This document shows, one piece after another, positions 23,491 through 36,200 of a stretch of 64,000 nt of DNA. A program made the position numbers and the translations under genes. The notes under the pieces are model-generated. The model was not told the origin of the DNA and did no database searches. It worked only from the letters and a program-made list of their open reading frames with translations. The stretch lies in assembly GCF_963506605.1 (NCBI RefSeq), contig NC_083281.1, positions 81,220,001 through 81,284,000 of the forward strand, read 5' to 3'. The number at the start of each line of letters is the position of its first letter. Position 1 is the first letter of the stretch. This DNA is from Zootoca vivipara. Taxonomy: Eukaryota.

Positions 23491-24008
23491 AAACAAAGGC
23501 TGATGTAGAATGAGCAGCCCATTGTGTATCTATCAGCTGAGATCATGGCTTTGTTTGGCCCGGAGGTCTTGAGAAGTGGAAACATCTCTGAAAAGATGAC
23601 AGTTTTGGAAATGGAAAGGAAGCATTTAGCTGGAAGGAGGAATCTGAATCCTGTAGAAAAGGAGAACCGGGAGGTGCAGGGAGTCAGCAATGTATCCCAG
23701 TGGTAAATTAAGAACTCAAGATGAGCCTTGCTGAATCAGGCTGATGGTCCATCCATGGAGTTCCTGCTTCTGGGCTTCCCATTGAGGCATCTGGTTTGGC
23801 CACTGTGAGAACAGGATGCCAGACTAGTTGGGCCAATGGCCTGATCCTGCAGTAGACAGGCTCTCCTTATGTGATGCTTGGGACCTGTTTTAAGGAGAAG
23901 GGAAAGACGTCTGTCCACAAATCTGCAGTTTTTCTATTGGGCGAACCATATATGGTATATTTAGAACTGTGAAGGTGGCACATTGTTCTTCCTGCAGGAA
24001 CTGGGGAG

Positions 24009-24034
24009 AGGGTTAGGGTTAGGGTTAGGGTTAG
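24009..24034 (+). repeat. Short interstitial telomere-type repeat (TTAGGG)4
   Basis: agggttagggttagggttagggttag. Confidence 0.85.
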
Positions 24035-24158
24035 TATGCCAGGTCAAGGAGATTTGTGATTTCAAGTTCCTTTTAGGCTTTTTAGTCATTTAGTTTGCAT
24101 ATCAGTTTATTCAGATTTTTGTAACATTTCTTTAAATGTTTCCTTTTAATATTTATTT

Positions 24159-24361
24159 NNNNNNNNNNNNNNNNNNNNNNNNNNNNNNNNNNNNNNNNNN
24201 NNNNNNNNNNNNNNNNNNNNNNNNNNNNNNNNNNNNNNNNNNNNNNNNNNNNNNNNNNNNNNNNNNNNNNNNNNNNNNNNNNNNNNNNNNNNNNNNNNNN
24301 NNNNNNNNNNNNNNNNNNNNNNNNNNNNNNNNNNNNNNNNNNNNNNNNNNNNNNNNNNNNN
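24159..24361. other. Assembly gap (203 N)
   Basis: N run. Confidence 1.
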
Positions 24362-24577
24362 GGAAATTCATCATTTTTAGATTGTTTATGTTGCAAACAG
24401 TTTTATTTGGGTCTGAGTTAACTTCCATTGATGCAATCCTTTGTTAATTGCCTACAATTAAACCTTTGTTTTGTGATGGTCTGATGACCAGATACAAATA
24501 AACCTGATCTGACATCATCTCTTCCACTCTGTAATAAGTGGCTGCACTTTATCTTTCCCCTATTCCACTGATGCAAT

Positions 24578-24623
<46 letters not shown>

Positions 24624-24877
24624 TTTAGCAACTGCGGTCACAGAGGTCACAGAAGTCGAGGTCAAAGGCCAGAGGAGCAGTCACAGAGGAGAAGATGTTG
24701 CAATGTTGTGGACGATCCTCAGGAGCTAGCGCAATGGGGTTGCATCACACACACACACACAAGTTCTACATTGCACCGCTGTTATGGCGGCCAGCTGTTT
24801 CAAAGACTTAGCAATGCTACAGGGAAATATTAGCCAGCATTATTTATTTGTTTCTTCACAGCACCTCCAACCCTTTT

Positions 24878-25251
24878 TGAAATATACTCAAAGTCCTGTA
24901 GTGATTTCATGCTCTTTATTGCAGCTTGTAAAACAGTGAATGAAACTTCCCCCAACTTCTGCTATATATACATTATTTACACAATGGGTCCCGCGTGATT
25001 GGCTAATTCCGGGCTGCTCCTGTATGCCAATCTGGTTGCGGATTCACTTCCTCCAGAAGCCTGATTGGCTGCTCCTGCAGGCCAATCAGGTTGCTGATTC
25101 GCTTCATCCAGGAGCCTGATTGGCTGCTCCTGCAGGCCAATCAGGTCGCTGATTCACTTCCATCTGGAGCTGTATTGGGTGGCTCCTGCAGACCAATCAG
25201 ACTGCTGCATTCTGGATCCTGTTGTTCTAGGATTCAGCTCAGTACATAACA
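24878..25251 (-). mobile_element. Solo LTR (374 bp, Gypsy-like)
   Basis: TG...CA ends (TGTTATGTACT / AGTATATTTCA); 5-bp TSD CTTTT at 24873-24877 and 25252-25256; CCAAT repeats, TATA at 24962-24970 and AATAAA at 24915-24920 in U3-R order. Confidence 0.8.
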
Positions 25252-25460
25252 CTTTTCATTAGAAAGCTTCTCAGAGAGGTTTTGCGAAAATCCCTTTCCT
25301 AACCTTTGCCCTCAGGTGCACAATCTCAAGAAGTCATGACACATGAGGAAAGAAGGAAGAGGAGGGAAGAGGGGAAAGGAAAGGAAAGTTACAGCCAATG
25401 TCAGTAGCGATTCTGGTGGCTTTGCCCTTGATAAAGAGGACACCCTTTTCACTCCCTCTT

Positions 25461-25603
25461 NNNNNNNNNNNNNNNNNNNNNNNNNNNNNNNNNNNNNNNN
25501 NNNNNNNNNNNNNNNNNNNNNNNNNNNNNNNNNNNNNNNNNNNNNNNNNNNNNNNNNNNNNNNNNNNNNNNNNNNNNNNNNNNNNNNNNNNNNNNNNNNN
25601 NNN
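25461..25603. other. Assembly gap (143 N)
   Basis: N run. Confidence 1.
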
Positions 25604-26461
25604 AGATTTCCCACTATTTGCCAACCACATGCAAATAAGGCAAGGGCTGCCTGAAATTAAGCTGAGGGCAATACAGGCCTAGGGCTGCAGCTTGTAGCCT
25701 GGGTACATCTGCCCCCAATTTGAGAGATTTAGCTTCTCAGGGTCCAAAGGAAGGGGAAGGGAATGCCAACAACTCATGTTTGCGGCATTTCCGAAAGGTG
25801 TCCTCCGAACCCTTCCAAAAGGCAAACAAGGAACAGCGATTCAGACCGTTCCAGAAAACTGGGCCTGTCTCTGGTTAACAGGAATTGGGCGGTTTTTTTG
25901 GGTTTTTTTATGCCACTGTTTCCTCATTGATTGTCTTCCCAAGAAGCCACAGCTGTGCGTTCGACTCTGCTGTGCCATGATGTACGTGCAAAATCCAGTT
26001 TGGGCTCGCTCGATGGTGATTTATGCAGGCTCGAAATCGGTTGTGGGTTTAAGCCAAAATGCAGGATGGGCTGATGGGGATCGGCCGGGTGATCCACCAG
26101 CAGCACCTAGCCCTTCAGGAATCTGGTGCCTTTCCAAATGCCCAACTCCCTTCCTGGTTATATAACATTCCGGAACTCTGCTGAGCAGATGGGTCAAGGG
26201 TAGGGAATGGAGGAGGAGAAATTTGATTTGGTTGGGACCATGTGGTAGGGCTGTCTTGGCACACACAAGCTCCCAGGTGCAATCTTTGTCATCTCCAGAT
26301 TGGACGGGAGAGACCTCCTGCAAGTCAGTGATCATTGGTCTTGGCCAATGGTCTGACTCCCCATATAAGGCAGCTGCTTCTATTCCTATGTCTTTAGGGA
26401 ACGCCCATAACCCAGTGGCCAGAGAATCTGGTTTGTATTGTTATAGATCCCCCTGAACCCT

Positions 26462-27082
26462 TGTTGTTGTTGTTTAGTCGTTTAGTCGTGTCCGACTCTT
26501 CGTGACCCCATGGACCAGAGCACGCCAAGCACTCCTGTCTTGCACTGCCTCCCGCAGTTTGGTCAAACTCATGTTCGTAGCTTCGAGAACACTGTCCAAC
26601 CATCTCGTCCTCTGTCAGCCCCTTCTCCTAGTGCCCTCAATCTTTCCCAACATCAGGGTCTTTTCCAAGGATTCTTCTCTTCTCATGAGGTGGCCAAAGT
26701 ATTGGAGCCTCAGCTTCACGATCTGTCCTTCCAGTGAGCACTCAGGGCTGATTTCCTTAAGAATGGAGAGGTTTGATCTTCTTGCAGTCCATGGGACTCT
26801 CAAGAGTCTCCTCCAGCACCATAATTCAAAAGCATCAATTCTTCGGCGATCAGCCTTCTTTATGGTCCAGCTCTCACTTCCATACATCACTACTGGGAAA
26901 ACCATAGCTTTAACTATACGGACCTTTGTAGGCAAGGTGATGTCTCTGCTTTTTAAGATGCTGTCTAGGTTTGTCATTGCTTTTCTCCCAAGAAGCAGGC
27001 GTCTTTTAATTTCGTGACTGCTGTCACCATCTGCAGTGATCAAGGAGCCCAAGAAAGTAAAATCTCTCACTGCCTCCATTTC
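26462..27082 (-). mobile_element. RTE-BovB LINE, 5'-truncated 3' end
   Basis: ORF ...HEIKRRLLLGRKAMTNLDSILKSRDITLPTKVRIVKAMVFPVVMYG...; (CAA)n tail; TSD AACCCT. Confidence 0.93.
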
Positions 27083-28684
27083 AACCCTAGAAATTAATAA
27101 ATGGCAGGGTTTTGATTAATTGGGATATTCCGGGAATTCCTGGGCAGGGTTATGCAAACCAGCCTGGCTGGCTGAGTGAAGAGTAAGCCTGTGTTAACAT
27201 GAGACAACGTGTTGATGGGCCATTGGGGAGGGTGATGTTACCAAGATGATGGGGTGTATGTTTGAGGGGACAGGAAAAGGGGTTTGTTGGAAGAAGAAGC
27301 AAGAGGAAGAGTTGAGATCCATCTTGGGAAGGCAGGGAGAAGATTGCCTGTGCTTGTGCCTCTTGAAATGACCATGCTGTAAGATCTGGACCCGCTCCAT
27401 ACAGGTGTAAATAGGTGAAGAAACCATATTTCTTAAAGCACAGCAGTCTCCGCCAAGTCTTCCGTTCTCCAAAGGGACACAGACCCTGTGTGAGACCCTG
27501 TGGGCTCTTGCCATCACTTGTCAGAGAGAGGGGGCAGGCACCCGACTTTTGTAACAGTATGCAGGCTCTGGGTTCAATCCCCTGGTAGGGCTGAAAGAGT
27601 CTCCTGTGTGGAGAGCTGCTGCCAGTCAGTGTAAACAATACTGATGTAGATGGAACAAAGGTCTGACTTGGTGTAAAATAGTTTCTTACCACCCTTGTCC
27701 CTCAACCGTAGCTTGGTGGTAAACGGGCTTCCTGTGTTCCTATATAAGGCAACTGATTCCGTTGACATTGTCAAGCCGCTCTACAAGATGCCTCCTAAGT
27801 TCCTATACAGCTCAGGGCAATGGGCCTTCCCTTTTGACCTGCGGCTGCTCCCTTTTGCCAATCCCTTTTCAATTTCTCCACCGCCCTTCCCCAAGTATTG
27901 GCAAGGCAGCTCATCGTCAGCTCGTCCCAAACCTGCTCTTCCCGGCTCCTGCAAGAACTCGGCGGTTCTGCCACGCTAGAAACTCGTGGAACGCTTTGCT
28001 GGCTCCTCTCGCAGCCAGCTCATATCTAAGGGTGCCTTCGGCTCCCTAACGGAGACAGTAAATTACAGCCTTGCACAATGTGTGGTTGTGCAAGCCTTTG
28101 GGAAAAAATAAATAAAAGAACAAGGTGACCCATATTTAGCTTCTCTTGTGGCCTAATCCAGAGATCTTCGAAAGCTGAACCTCCGCAGAAACAGGTGCAT
28201 GAAAGGGGGGAAACCAATTGGTCCATTGCAGATGCTGTCCATTTCTCATTTTTCCATTTTTTAAAATTTCACTACACACCATTTCCACATCAGTTCTCAA
28301 TCACGACTCAGAGAAAGAGTTTGCTGTTAGCATTGTATGAAGACTAGGGGAGGGCAGGTTTCAGCTTTTCATTCCCCCCCCCCCCAAAATTTAAGCCCAG
28401 TTCTCCAGATGTCCACATCAGCTTGTGATGTTTCCTCCCAGTCTTCCAGTCTCCCAGTCTTCATGAAAATTCATAAGGTTATATCCTTAATAGGCACATT
28501 TTTGTAATGCAATTTGCCCTAAAATGCAGATTTTTTTGCCAAGCAATTCCCCTTATTATAATGCACCTGAGTGCATTATTTTCACTAATGTTGTATGTGC
28601 ATTTATAATGGAGAATTTACCACAGTAGATGCATTGCTGTACACATTACTCTGCTGGACACAGAGAAGTGCAAATTTCAAAGGA

Positions 28685-29225
28685 TCATTGGGGGTGTATG
28701 GGGGTGGCTGAACCAGGTGAAGGTCTCAAACAAAGGGTCTCAAACCCTTGGTGAGTTAGGGACTTCCCCTGCATGCGAAGAGAGGCTCCGACAGATTGAG
28801 CAGATGTAGTAATAGTAAGTCCAATGGTCAAAAAGGAGGCTTCTGCATGTGCGGGAGAAGGAATTGAAAGGCAGGTGGGCTTGTCAACCTGGGAAGGTAG
28901 CCCATCCAGGAGAAGGAAAACTCTCATCCTGAACCTCTGCTGCCTTGCAGGATATCTTTGGTAGAAGAAAAGGCTAAGGAGTAAACCCTACACAAATCTG
29001 GAGTGGAGTCCCTAAGATGGTTGGATGGTGCCTTGCATGCCTTCTTTCCAGCAACTCCTGCAGCCAGGCTGGTGCCAAATGTATTGCTCTGCTTTCCTTT
29101 GGACCACAGCAACAAGACAGAGACCCTCTGTCTTGTCATCTGGGCAGCCCAGGACCTCCACACACACTGCCCAGGCTTGTGCCCTGGGAAGGTCAACTTG
29201 GTGCCGCAAACTTTGACTTCGCCCC
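28685..29225 (+). mobile_element. Probable RTE-clade LINE 5' region
   Basis: ggtagcccatccaggagaaggaaaactctcatcctgaacc resembles the RTE 5' UTR motif as recalled. Confidence 0.45.
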
Positions 29226-29843
29226 CCCCCCCCCGAGGCTCACTCTACTGTCTCTCGAGACAGACAGGTAACAGCCGCAGCAGTGTTTCAGTCTGTGCAC
29301 TGCTTTGGGAAGAAAGAATTGATAGCTCAGGGTGATGGATCTTCTGTTGGGAGCTGCTCCACCACCCGCCTTGCCCAAAGCACTGTCAACGCAGCTTCTT
29401 GTTGGCTTGGACCAAACCAGCTCTTCTAGGCTCCAATGAGACCTGATGTTTCTGTAGTAGCGTTTGAACTCAGGCAGTATGAGGTTCTAAAGACAAACTG
29501 AATCGCATTTCTTCCTCTAGCCTTAGGTGGTATCCAACAATAGTGATATTCAGAGTAGACCCACTGAAATGAACAGACATGACTAACTTGGTTCCAATGA
29601 ATCTCCTCTGAGTAGAAAGTTGGATGCAACCTTAGAATGCTGCAATGCAGCTCCCATCACCTCTGATTCCATTGGCTGAGGATGATGGGAAATGGAGTCC
29701 CACAACATCTGGAAGGCCATAGATTTCCTATTCATGATGTAGACAGTACTGAATTAGGCGGACACATAGTCTGGCCTGTCATTGGATTCTACTCAATATT
29801 GATCCAGAATAGATTCCAATGTACAGTATGTACAACTTAAACA

Positions 29844-30517
29844 TGTTGCAGGATTCCCCAAAAATAGACCAAAGGGAATTAATATTTCATCTAGCAGAGC
29901 TTTACTGCTACTGAAGGCAAATGAGCATAATGGTCACAAATCCAATACAGTGGTACCTCGGTTTATGAACACAATTGGTTCCGGAAGTCTGTTCATAAAC
30001 TGAAGCGTTCATAAACTGAAGCGAACTTTCGCATTGAAAGTAATGGAAAGTGAATTAATCCGTTCCAGATGGGTCCGCGGCGTTCGTAAACCGAAAATTC
30101 GTAAACCGAGGTGTTCATAAACCGAGGTTCCACTGTACATTCAGGATTGGCACTATCCATAAGAAATCCAGTTGCAGCAGACTTAACTTACGCTTACAAT
30201 AAGTTTAAACCTTAACACTATATACAGAACACCACATCAGAAGGAAGAGCGAGAGAAAGAAAGTGAAACTCAGGCTCCTTCTGGCCTTACTGTACTTTTA
30301 TAGTCAGCATGACCTTGACAGAAAAGAGATACCAGCAAGAGAAGCAGTTTAAGCCAGCTGAACTCAGCTTCTCTGAAGGGACAACTCAAACATCATGAAC
30401 CTTCTGCTTGTTTCTTTCACACGGAGAAGCTTCCAGAACCCTCTTGAATTAAGTAGAATAGGAAAGATCTCTACACAGCAGATCAATACTTTCTGCACTA
30501 AGAAATGCAAACTAACA
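29844..30517 (-). mobile_element. LTR-like dispersed repeat, copy A, interrupted by the Tc1 MITE
   Basis: Colinear inverted homolog of 46310-46800; TATA-like CTATAA and AGTAAA; boundaries and TSD unclear. Confidence 0.55.
29948..30135. mobile_element. Tc1/mariner (Tigger-like) MITE
   Basis: TIR CAGTGGWACCTCGGTTTATGAACAC; TA TSD. Confidence 0.9.
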
Positions 30518-30583
30518 TGGCCTGGTCCCATATGGGCTGAGGTGGTGAGAAATGACTCTTTAACTCTCTACCCGCTGTGTTAA

Positions 30584-31148
30584 AAAAGTAAAGGATCCCT
30601 GACAGTTAAGTCCAGTCACGAACGACTCTGGGGTTGCGGCGCTCATCTCACTTTACTGGCCGAGGGAGCAGACATTTGTCCGCAGACAGTTTTTCCGGGT
30701 CATGTGGCCAGCATGACCAAGCCGCTTCTGGCGAAACCAGAGCAGCACATGGAAACGCCGTTTACCTTCCTGCCGGAGCAGTACCAATTTATCTACTTGC
30801 ACATTGACGTGCTTTCGAACTGCTGTGTTTTCCTCCCTCATGGCCTGGATTTATGGACCACTTGAAATGAGGCTGCATTTTAAATTTTGATACTGTATTT
30901 CAATCTGTATTTTAATTAATTGTTTTTATGTTTTATTGTGGTTTTGTTGGCATGAGCCGCCCTGAGCCCGGTTTTTGATTGGGGAGGGCGGGGTATAAAT
31001 AAAATTTTTTTTTATTATTATTATTAGGTTAGGCAGGAGCAGGGACCGAGCAACGGGAGCTAACCCCGTCACGGGGATTCGAACTGCCGACCTTCCAATC
31101 GGCAAGCCCTAGGCTCAGTGGTTTACACCACAGCGCCACCCGCATCCC
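30584..31148 (-). mobile_element. Sauria SINE interrupted by an L2 fragment
   Basis: The two halves (to 30824 and from 31026) are colinear with the other Sauria copies; degenerate TSD ctaccc.ct.tgttaa. Confidence 0.88.
30825..31025 (+). mobile_element. L2-type LINE 3' end nested in a Sauria SINE
   Basis: gagccgccctgagc...gggcggggtataaataaa(TTA)n terminus; no TSD. Confidence 0.7.
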
Positions 31149-32036
31149 TGCTACCCCCTATGTTAATCACATGCAAAAGAAGAGTCTTGGTGGATGAGTT
31201 CAAAAGCCCAAATTCATTTCAATGGGACTACTCTGAGTATAACTTAATTGACACAGCCCTAAGAAATGTTCTCCTGGCATGAAGGATGGGGGGGGGGGGA
31301 GAATTCGGTTTTCCCATTTTTTTCTACCTGATTTGTGCTTCCCATAACAATATGCAAACTGAAACACTGTCCTAAATTTTGGCAAACATTTTGCAGTTTT
31401 CCAACCAATACCATGTACAAAAGAGTGTTACTGAGATGCATGCATTAGTGAAAATAACAGGCAAATGTGTGTTATCGTCAGAAAAACTGCATGCAGAAAT
31501 TTGTGCGCATGGCAAAATTACCGGTATGTACAAAAACATGAGTATGAGTCGAAATCCTTACTAGAATCCAGATTTTCATGATTTAAAAAAATAAAATAAA
31601 TAAACTGATGCCTGAAGGAGAACTGAATTGAAGGTTGACTGAAGGAGAAATTGAGAAAAAACCAAAATTGACAGGATGTAAGGAACTGTGGCAGTGAACA
31701 TCAGTTGCTGTGGTTTCCCATTGGTGTCCGATGTATTCTGATGTATTTTGCTAGTTTATGATCAAAGCAGTAGTATTTGGTTAGCTTGCTTCTTTAGGGG
31801 AGGGGGGATCTGGAGCTTTCGCAACCAGCCCAGTATCATCGATAGCAAACCTTGAGCAGCAAGAATTCCACTCATACCCAGTGATGTGAAAGGAATTTCG
31901 CTTAGCTTACACTCTCAGGAATGCTGTGTCATGTTTCTGAATGGATAAATAAAACAAGCACAGTTGATTCCAGCCAATAGAGGGCAGTAGGTGCCATCTG
32001 GAGCCCATCTTCATGTAGGCTCTGGCTATTGACATA

Positions 32037-32262
32037 CAGTGGTACCTCTGGTTAAGAACTTAATTCGTTCTGGAGGCCCGTTCTTAACCTGAAAATGTTC
32101 TTAACCTGAAGCACCATTTTAGCTAAAGGGGCCTCCTGCTGCCGCCGCAACGCCAGAGCACGATTTCTGTTCTCATCCTGAAGCAAAGTTCTTAACCTGA
32201 GGTACTATTTCTGGGTTAGCGGAGTCTGTAACCGGAAGCATTTGTAACCTGAGGTACCACTG
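32037..32262. mobile_element. Tc1/mariner (Tigger-like) MITE
   Basis: TIR CAGTGGTACCTC; TA TSD. Confidence 0.9.
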
Positions 32263-32898
32263 TACCAGCTTACGATTTGCTCTTATGGAGCTGCCTTAGG
32301 CTGAGTCAGGCTACTGGTCTCTCTTGCCCAGCATTGCTTATCCTCTGAGCTTATTCCCAAAGCTGCAATCCTTCTGCCCACCTCATTTCAGCCAGAGAAA
32401 GCAAGGATCGGAACTTGCCAAGCCTGTGCTCTGTTGTTGAGTTACGGCCGTTCTCCCCTAACACACCCGTGAGCCAGGGGGAATTCCTCCATGCTCAAAC
32501 CACGGGCGAGTCACACGACTTGTCAGCCTGGCTGGGTGAGCTGATTTTGATCAGCATGGCTATGCTGAATTTCTTCCCACTTGGGTGGGACTGAGGCCTC
32601 ATCCACGCTATCTTCCCTATATACATAAAAATGTAAGGTGGTCATCACGCAGCCCCCATTGAAGGATTTGTAGTGCCTCTTCAGAATGCCTCCACTTGAG
32701 GAGGGTCCATCCCTTCCCAAAGCAGACTGTTGTACTGTCAAAACAGCCAGTACTGTTGGGAAATGTCTCTCCTGAGTTTGAGGTTTGAGCCTGATTCTGC
32801 TTCCATCTCATGGAGGAGAAGGCTACCACTGCTTACCAGCTGAGTGCTGGTGTGCTCAGCTCCTGCTTGAAGGTTTCCCAGTGGTTGGCCACTGTGAG

Positions 32899-33260
32899 CA
32901 GAGCCGTCTTTCCCATAGGGCTTAGTGGTGCGTTGCGCCAGGGCGCCGGACTCTCAGGGACGTCCCAGCAAGTGGGGGAGCTGTACAACTTTGCCGATGG
33001 CCTCCTCTTTCCTTATACGCCTGCCAGCTGCGCCCCACCAACCATAAGGCTAGCGGGCGTGCAGCTTCCCTCCCAAGCCTCCCAAGCCTCTGTGGGGATC
33101 GCTCTCCTCCCATGGAGGCTTGGGAGGGGCGCAACTTCACTCCCAAGCCTCTGCTTGGCTGGCAGTGTGCAGCTACGGCCACGCCAACACTATCCGTGGT
33201 AATTTGGAGGCTGCTGGGCGGATATTTGCACCCCGGTGCCACATTTGCTAAAGGCCCCAG
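32899..33260. mobile_element. GC-rich hAT-like element inserted in a CR1-tail repeat
   Basis: Perfect 8-bp TSD actgtgag; imperfect TIRs. Confidence 0.7.
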
Positions 33261-36200
33261 ACTGTGAGAACAGGGTGCTGGACTAGACAGGCCATTGGAC
33301 TTAAATCTAAGCAACAGCATAAGGGTTGGTAAACCCTTCTAGCCTGGGTTTCACTGACAATTACCTGGAATTAGCAGCTGTCAGCAGTGTCTGAGGAACA
33401 ATTAAGACTAATTCACTGTTATCTGAAGTACTGGATGGGATAATGCAGTTAATCAGTTAATCTCCTAACTCGTCGCCACCCATCTCTAATATCATTTATT
33501 CTCCACCCACTTCCATCTGACAGATGTCCCACCTACTTACCAGTCTTTCCCTGCGACTTTCAGCTTCCCTTTCCAGTTAACTTAACACCCAAGAAGTTTC
33601 CTTCCCTCCTCCAAACACAACCACCCAACCCTGGCTCAAGCTGGTATTTTGAGCTTGGAGTGGGGGAACCTGTAGAACCTAAGAAGCGCTCTGCTGGGTC
33701 TGGCCAATGGCCTGTCTAGTCCAGCATCTGGTTCTGACAGTGGCCAATCAGATGCCTCCAGGAAACTAGCGGACAGGTGTCAGGTGGCACAGGAAGCAAC
33801 TCTCGCGGCTGGTTGCCAGGAACATATAAGTCAAGGAAAAGCTCTTACCACCTGCTTTTTATTCAATATTTACAGAGAGAAAGGTTTGGAATGCAGCCTC
33901 TTGGGCTAATGGCGTTGTCCCGAGTGAAAACTGCCCTCTGCCTTTGAGCTCTTTGCTCTCCTACTTTCAAGGCTCGCTTGGTTCTGGGAGAGAGGGGGGC
34001 TGGTCTGGAATGATTTTTAAAGACACCATGTCTGTCAGCTGTTGCCCCCTGGTGCTTCCTCCTTCCTCCTCCTCCTCCTCCTCCTCCTCCTCCTCCTCTC
34101 CCATTATTTCCCAGCTTTCCCCTTATCTGCCTCTGAGCTGTGACCTCCCTCAATCCCCTGTTGTAATTCTGAACTGTCTTCTTCTTCTCTGGAAGGCTCA
34201 GGCTGGGGAGACGGTCTCCACCATTCCTCCTCTGCCCAGTCCCTGACAACAGGGCATGAAGGCAACAGGCCTCCCTCTCTGTTACTCACAAGAACCCAAG
34301 AAGAACCCTGAAAAATTTGGACAAAGACCTATCTAGTCCAGCTCAATGTTCTCTCATGCCTCTGGGAAGCCAACTCCTCTTTAGTGTCCTTCCCCTGTGC
34401 CTTCTCCAGAGTGACCCTAGGAGCCAATCCTCAGTGGCTGACTCACCTGATTGGTTCAAATCAGCAGAAAAGTGAGAAGGCCTCTTCTCAGTGGATAGAA
34501 AACTCCCCTTTCCTGCTGATTGGTTGGCTCTAAGGAACTGGGAACAGGGACCAGGCCACAGTAATCAGAATGGGTCCTCAGCCCCTAGACTACTGCACCT
34601 CTGCCTTCCATTCTAAACAGCCACTAGCCACCTACTGGAAACCTCTGAACCTTCAGTGGTGAGAAGCAGCTGGATTTCCACCATGACTGTTTAACCCACT
34701 GTGAGTCATCTGCTCACAGGATGACTGCCATTGCCATAACCTTGGCTGTATCAAGCCTGTCAATCTGCAGGTTGGGGGGGAGGGTATGTCATAATTTGGG
34801 GAAGCCCAATATCCTCCCCTTTCATTGCGGTGTTTCTTGGACAACATTCCTGCAGGCTTTCACGCTTACTTATATAAGCCTGGTAATTGGAATGACTCTG
34901 TTTTGCGGGGGTGGCCAAGGGGGTGAGTGAATTCAGTTGCCTGTGAAATGCTTGCTGCAATTTGTGATGTTGTTTTTCAACCAACAGGCTAAGAACAACA
35001 ACCACGAAATAACTCAGCGAGGATTTGCAGGGCTTGGCATCGCTGGGGAGGACGGGGCATGTTTCCTACTGGCCTTTTTTGATCCTGCTCTGGATGACTT
35101 CTTGGCTGAGGGAGTTGCCTAAATTGGCAAGATGAGTAAGGCAGGCAACGCCCCATGGCAATGGAAGAAAACAACCATCCAGTTGAACGACATGGGAACT
35201 TGGGAAGCAGCCGTATTCCGAGTGAGACCATTGGTCCATCTAGCTCAGTGTTGTGTACACTGAATGGCAGAATTTCTGCAGTGTTTCAGACAGGCACATG
35301 AAGATTCTGAGGGTTGAATTTAGGACCTTCCCCATGAATGGAGAACTTCAGACCCCCAGATGTTGCTGAGCTACAACTCTTCTTACCCTTGACCATACTT
35401 CTTGGGGCTGATGGGAATGAGGAACATCTGGAGGGCCACGGGTACCCCATGCCTAACCATCTTTGGACCACAACTCCCATAATCTCTGACCATGGACTAA
35501 GCTGTCTGAGGATAAAAGGAATTATAATTTAACTACAACCTATGGTCGAAGAATTCACTAGTCTACACTGACTGTGGGTCTCGAGGATTTCAGAGTGGTC
35601 CTGCTGGCTTTTTTACTGGGAATTTTAGGGATCAAATCTGAGATTTTAAGCATGCAAATCATGTGATTTCCAAGGCTTGGAATGAAGTTCCCTGAACTAG
35701 TTATAAAACACACACACCTTAAATTAGACCCCAAAGTGGTTTTCATAATTCCCTGCTGAAGTAAATGTGAATTAAGTTTATTTTGGGGTAGAACTTGAAA
35801 CAATTTCTAGTTCATCTTCATCTCTCCCCACTCTGCCCCACAATGCAGGAGGCCCAGAATATTTGCTTGCTTGTTTTTTTAAGGAAAAACTGGGTATTTA
35901 TAAAGAAAGTAAGAAAGCAAATGGTGGAGGCAATGTTCTATGGTTTTTTAGGCAGATACAATGGCATTGCCGCTGCTAAGGATACTTAGTCATTTAACCG
36001 CTTTTGCCAAGTAACTAAAAGGAAGGAATGTGAGGCATTTCCTGTGTTTTCTTGGTTGAAGAGATTTTCTCCTTCCCAACAGGAGCAGCTTGCAGCGAGA
36101 AGCACAAAAACAAAGTGAAAGATGCCCTGGGTGGCATAAATTCATTCGGGTAAGGCTTTTCTTGTATGGAAATACAATAATGGGGAAAACATCAGTGGAT

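Noticed and set aside
24996-25205. CRISPR-like repeat array
   Set aside because: The DNA is eukaryotic, the units have no unique spacers, and they lie inside an LTR
24082-25682. ORFs containing X runs
   Set aside because: Artefacts of the N gaps
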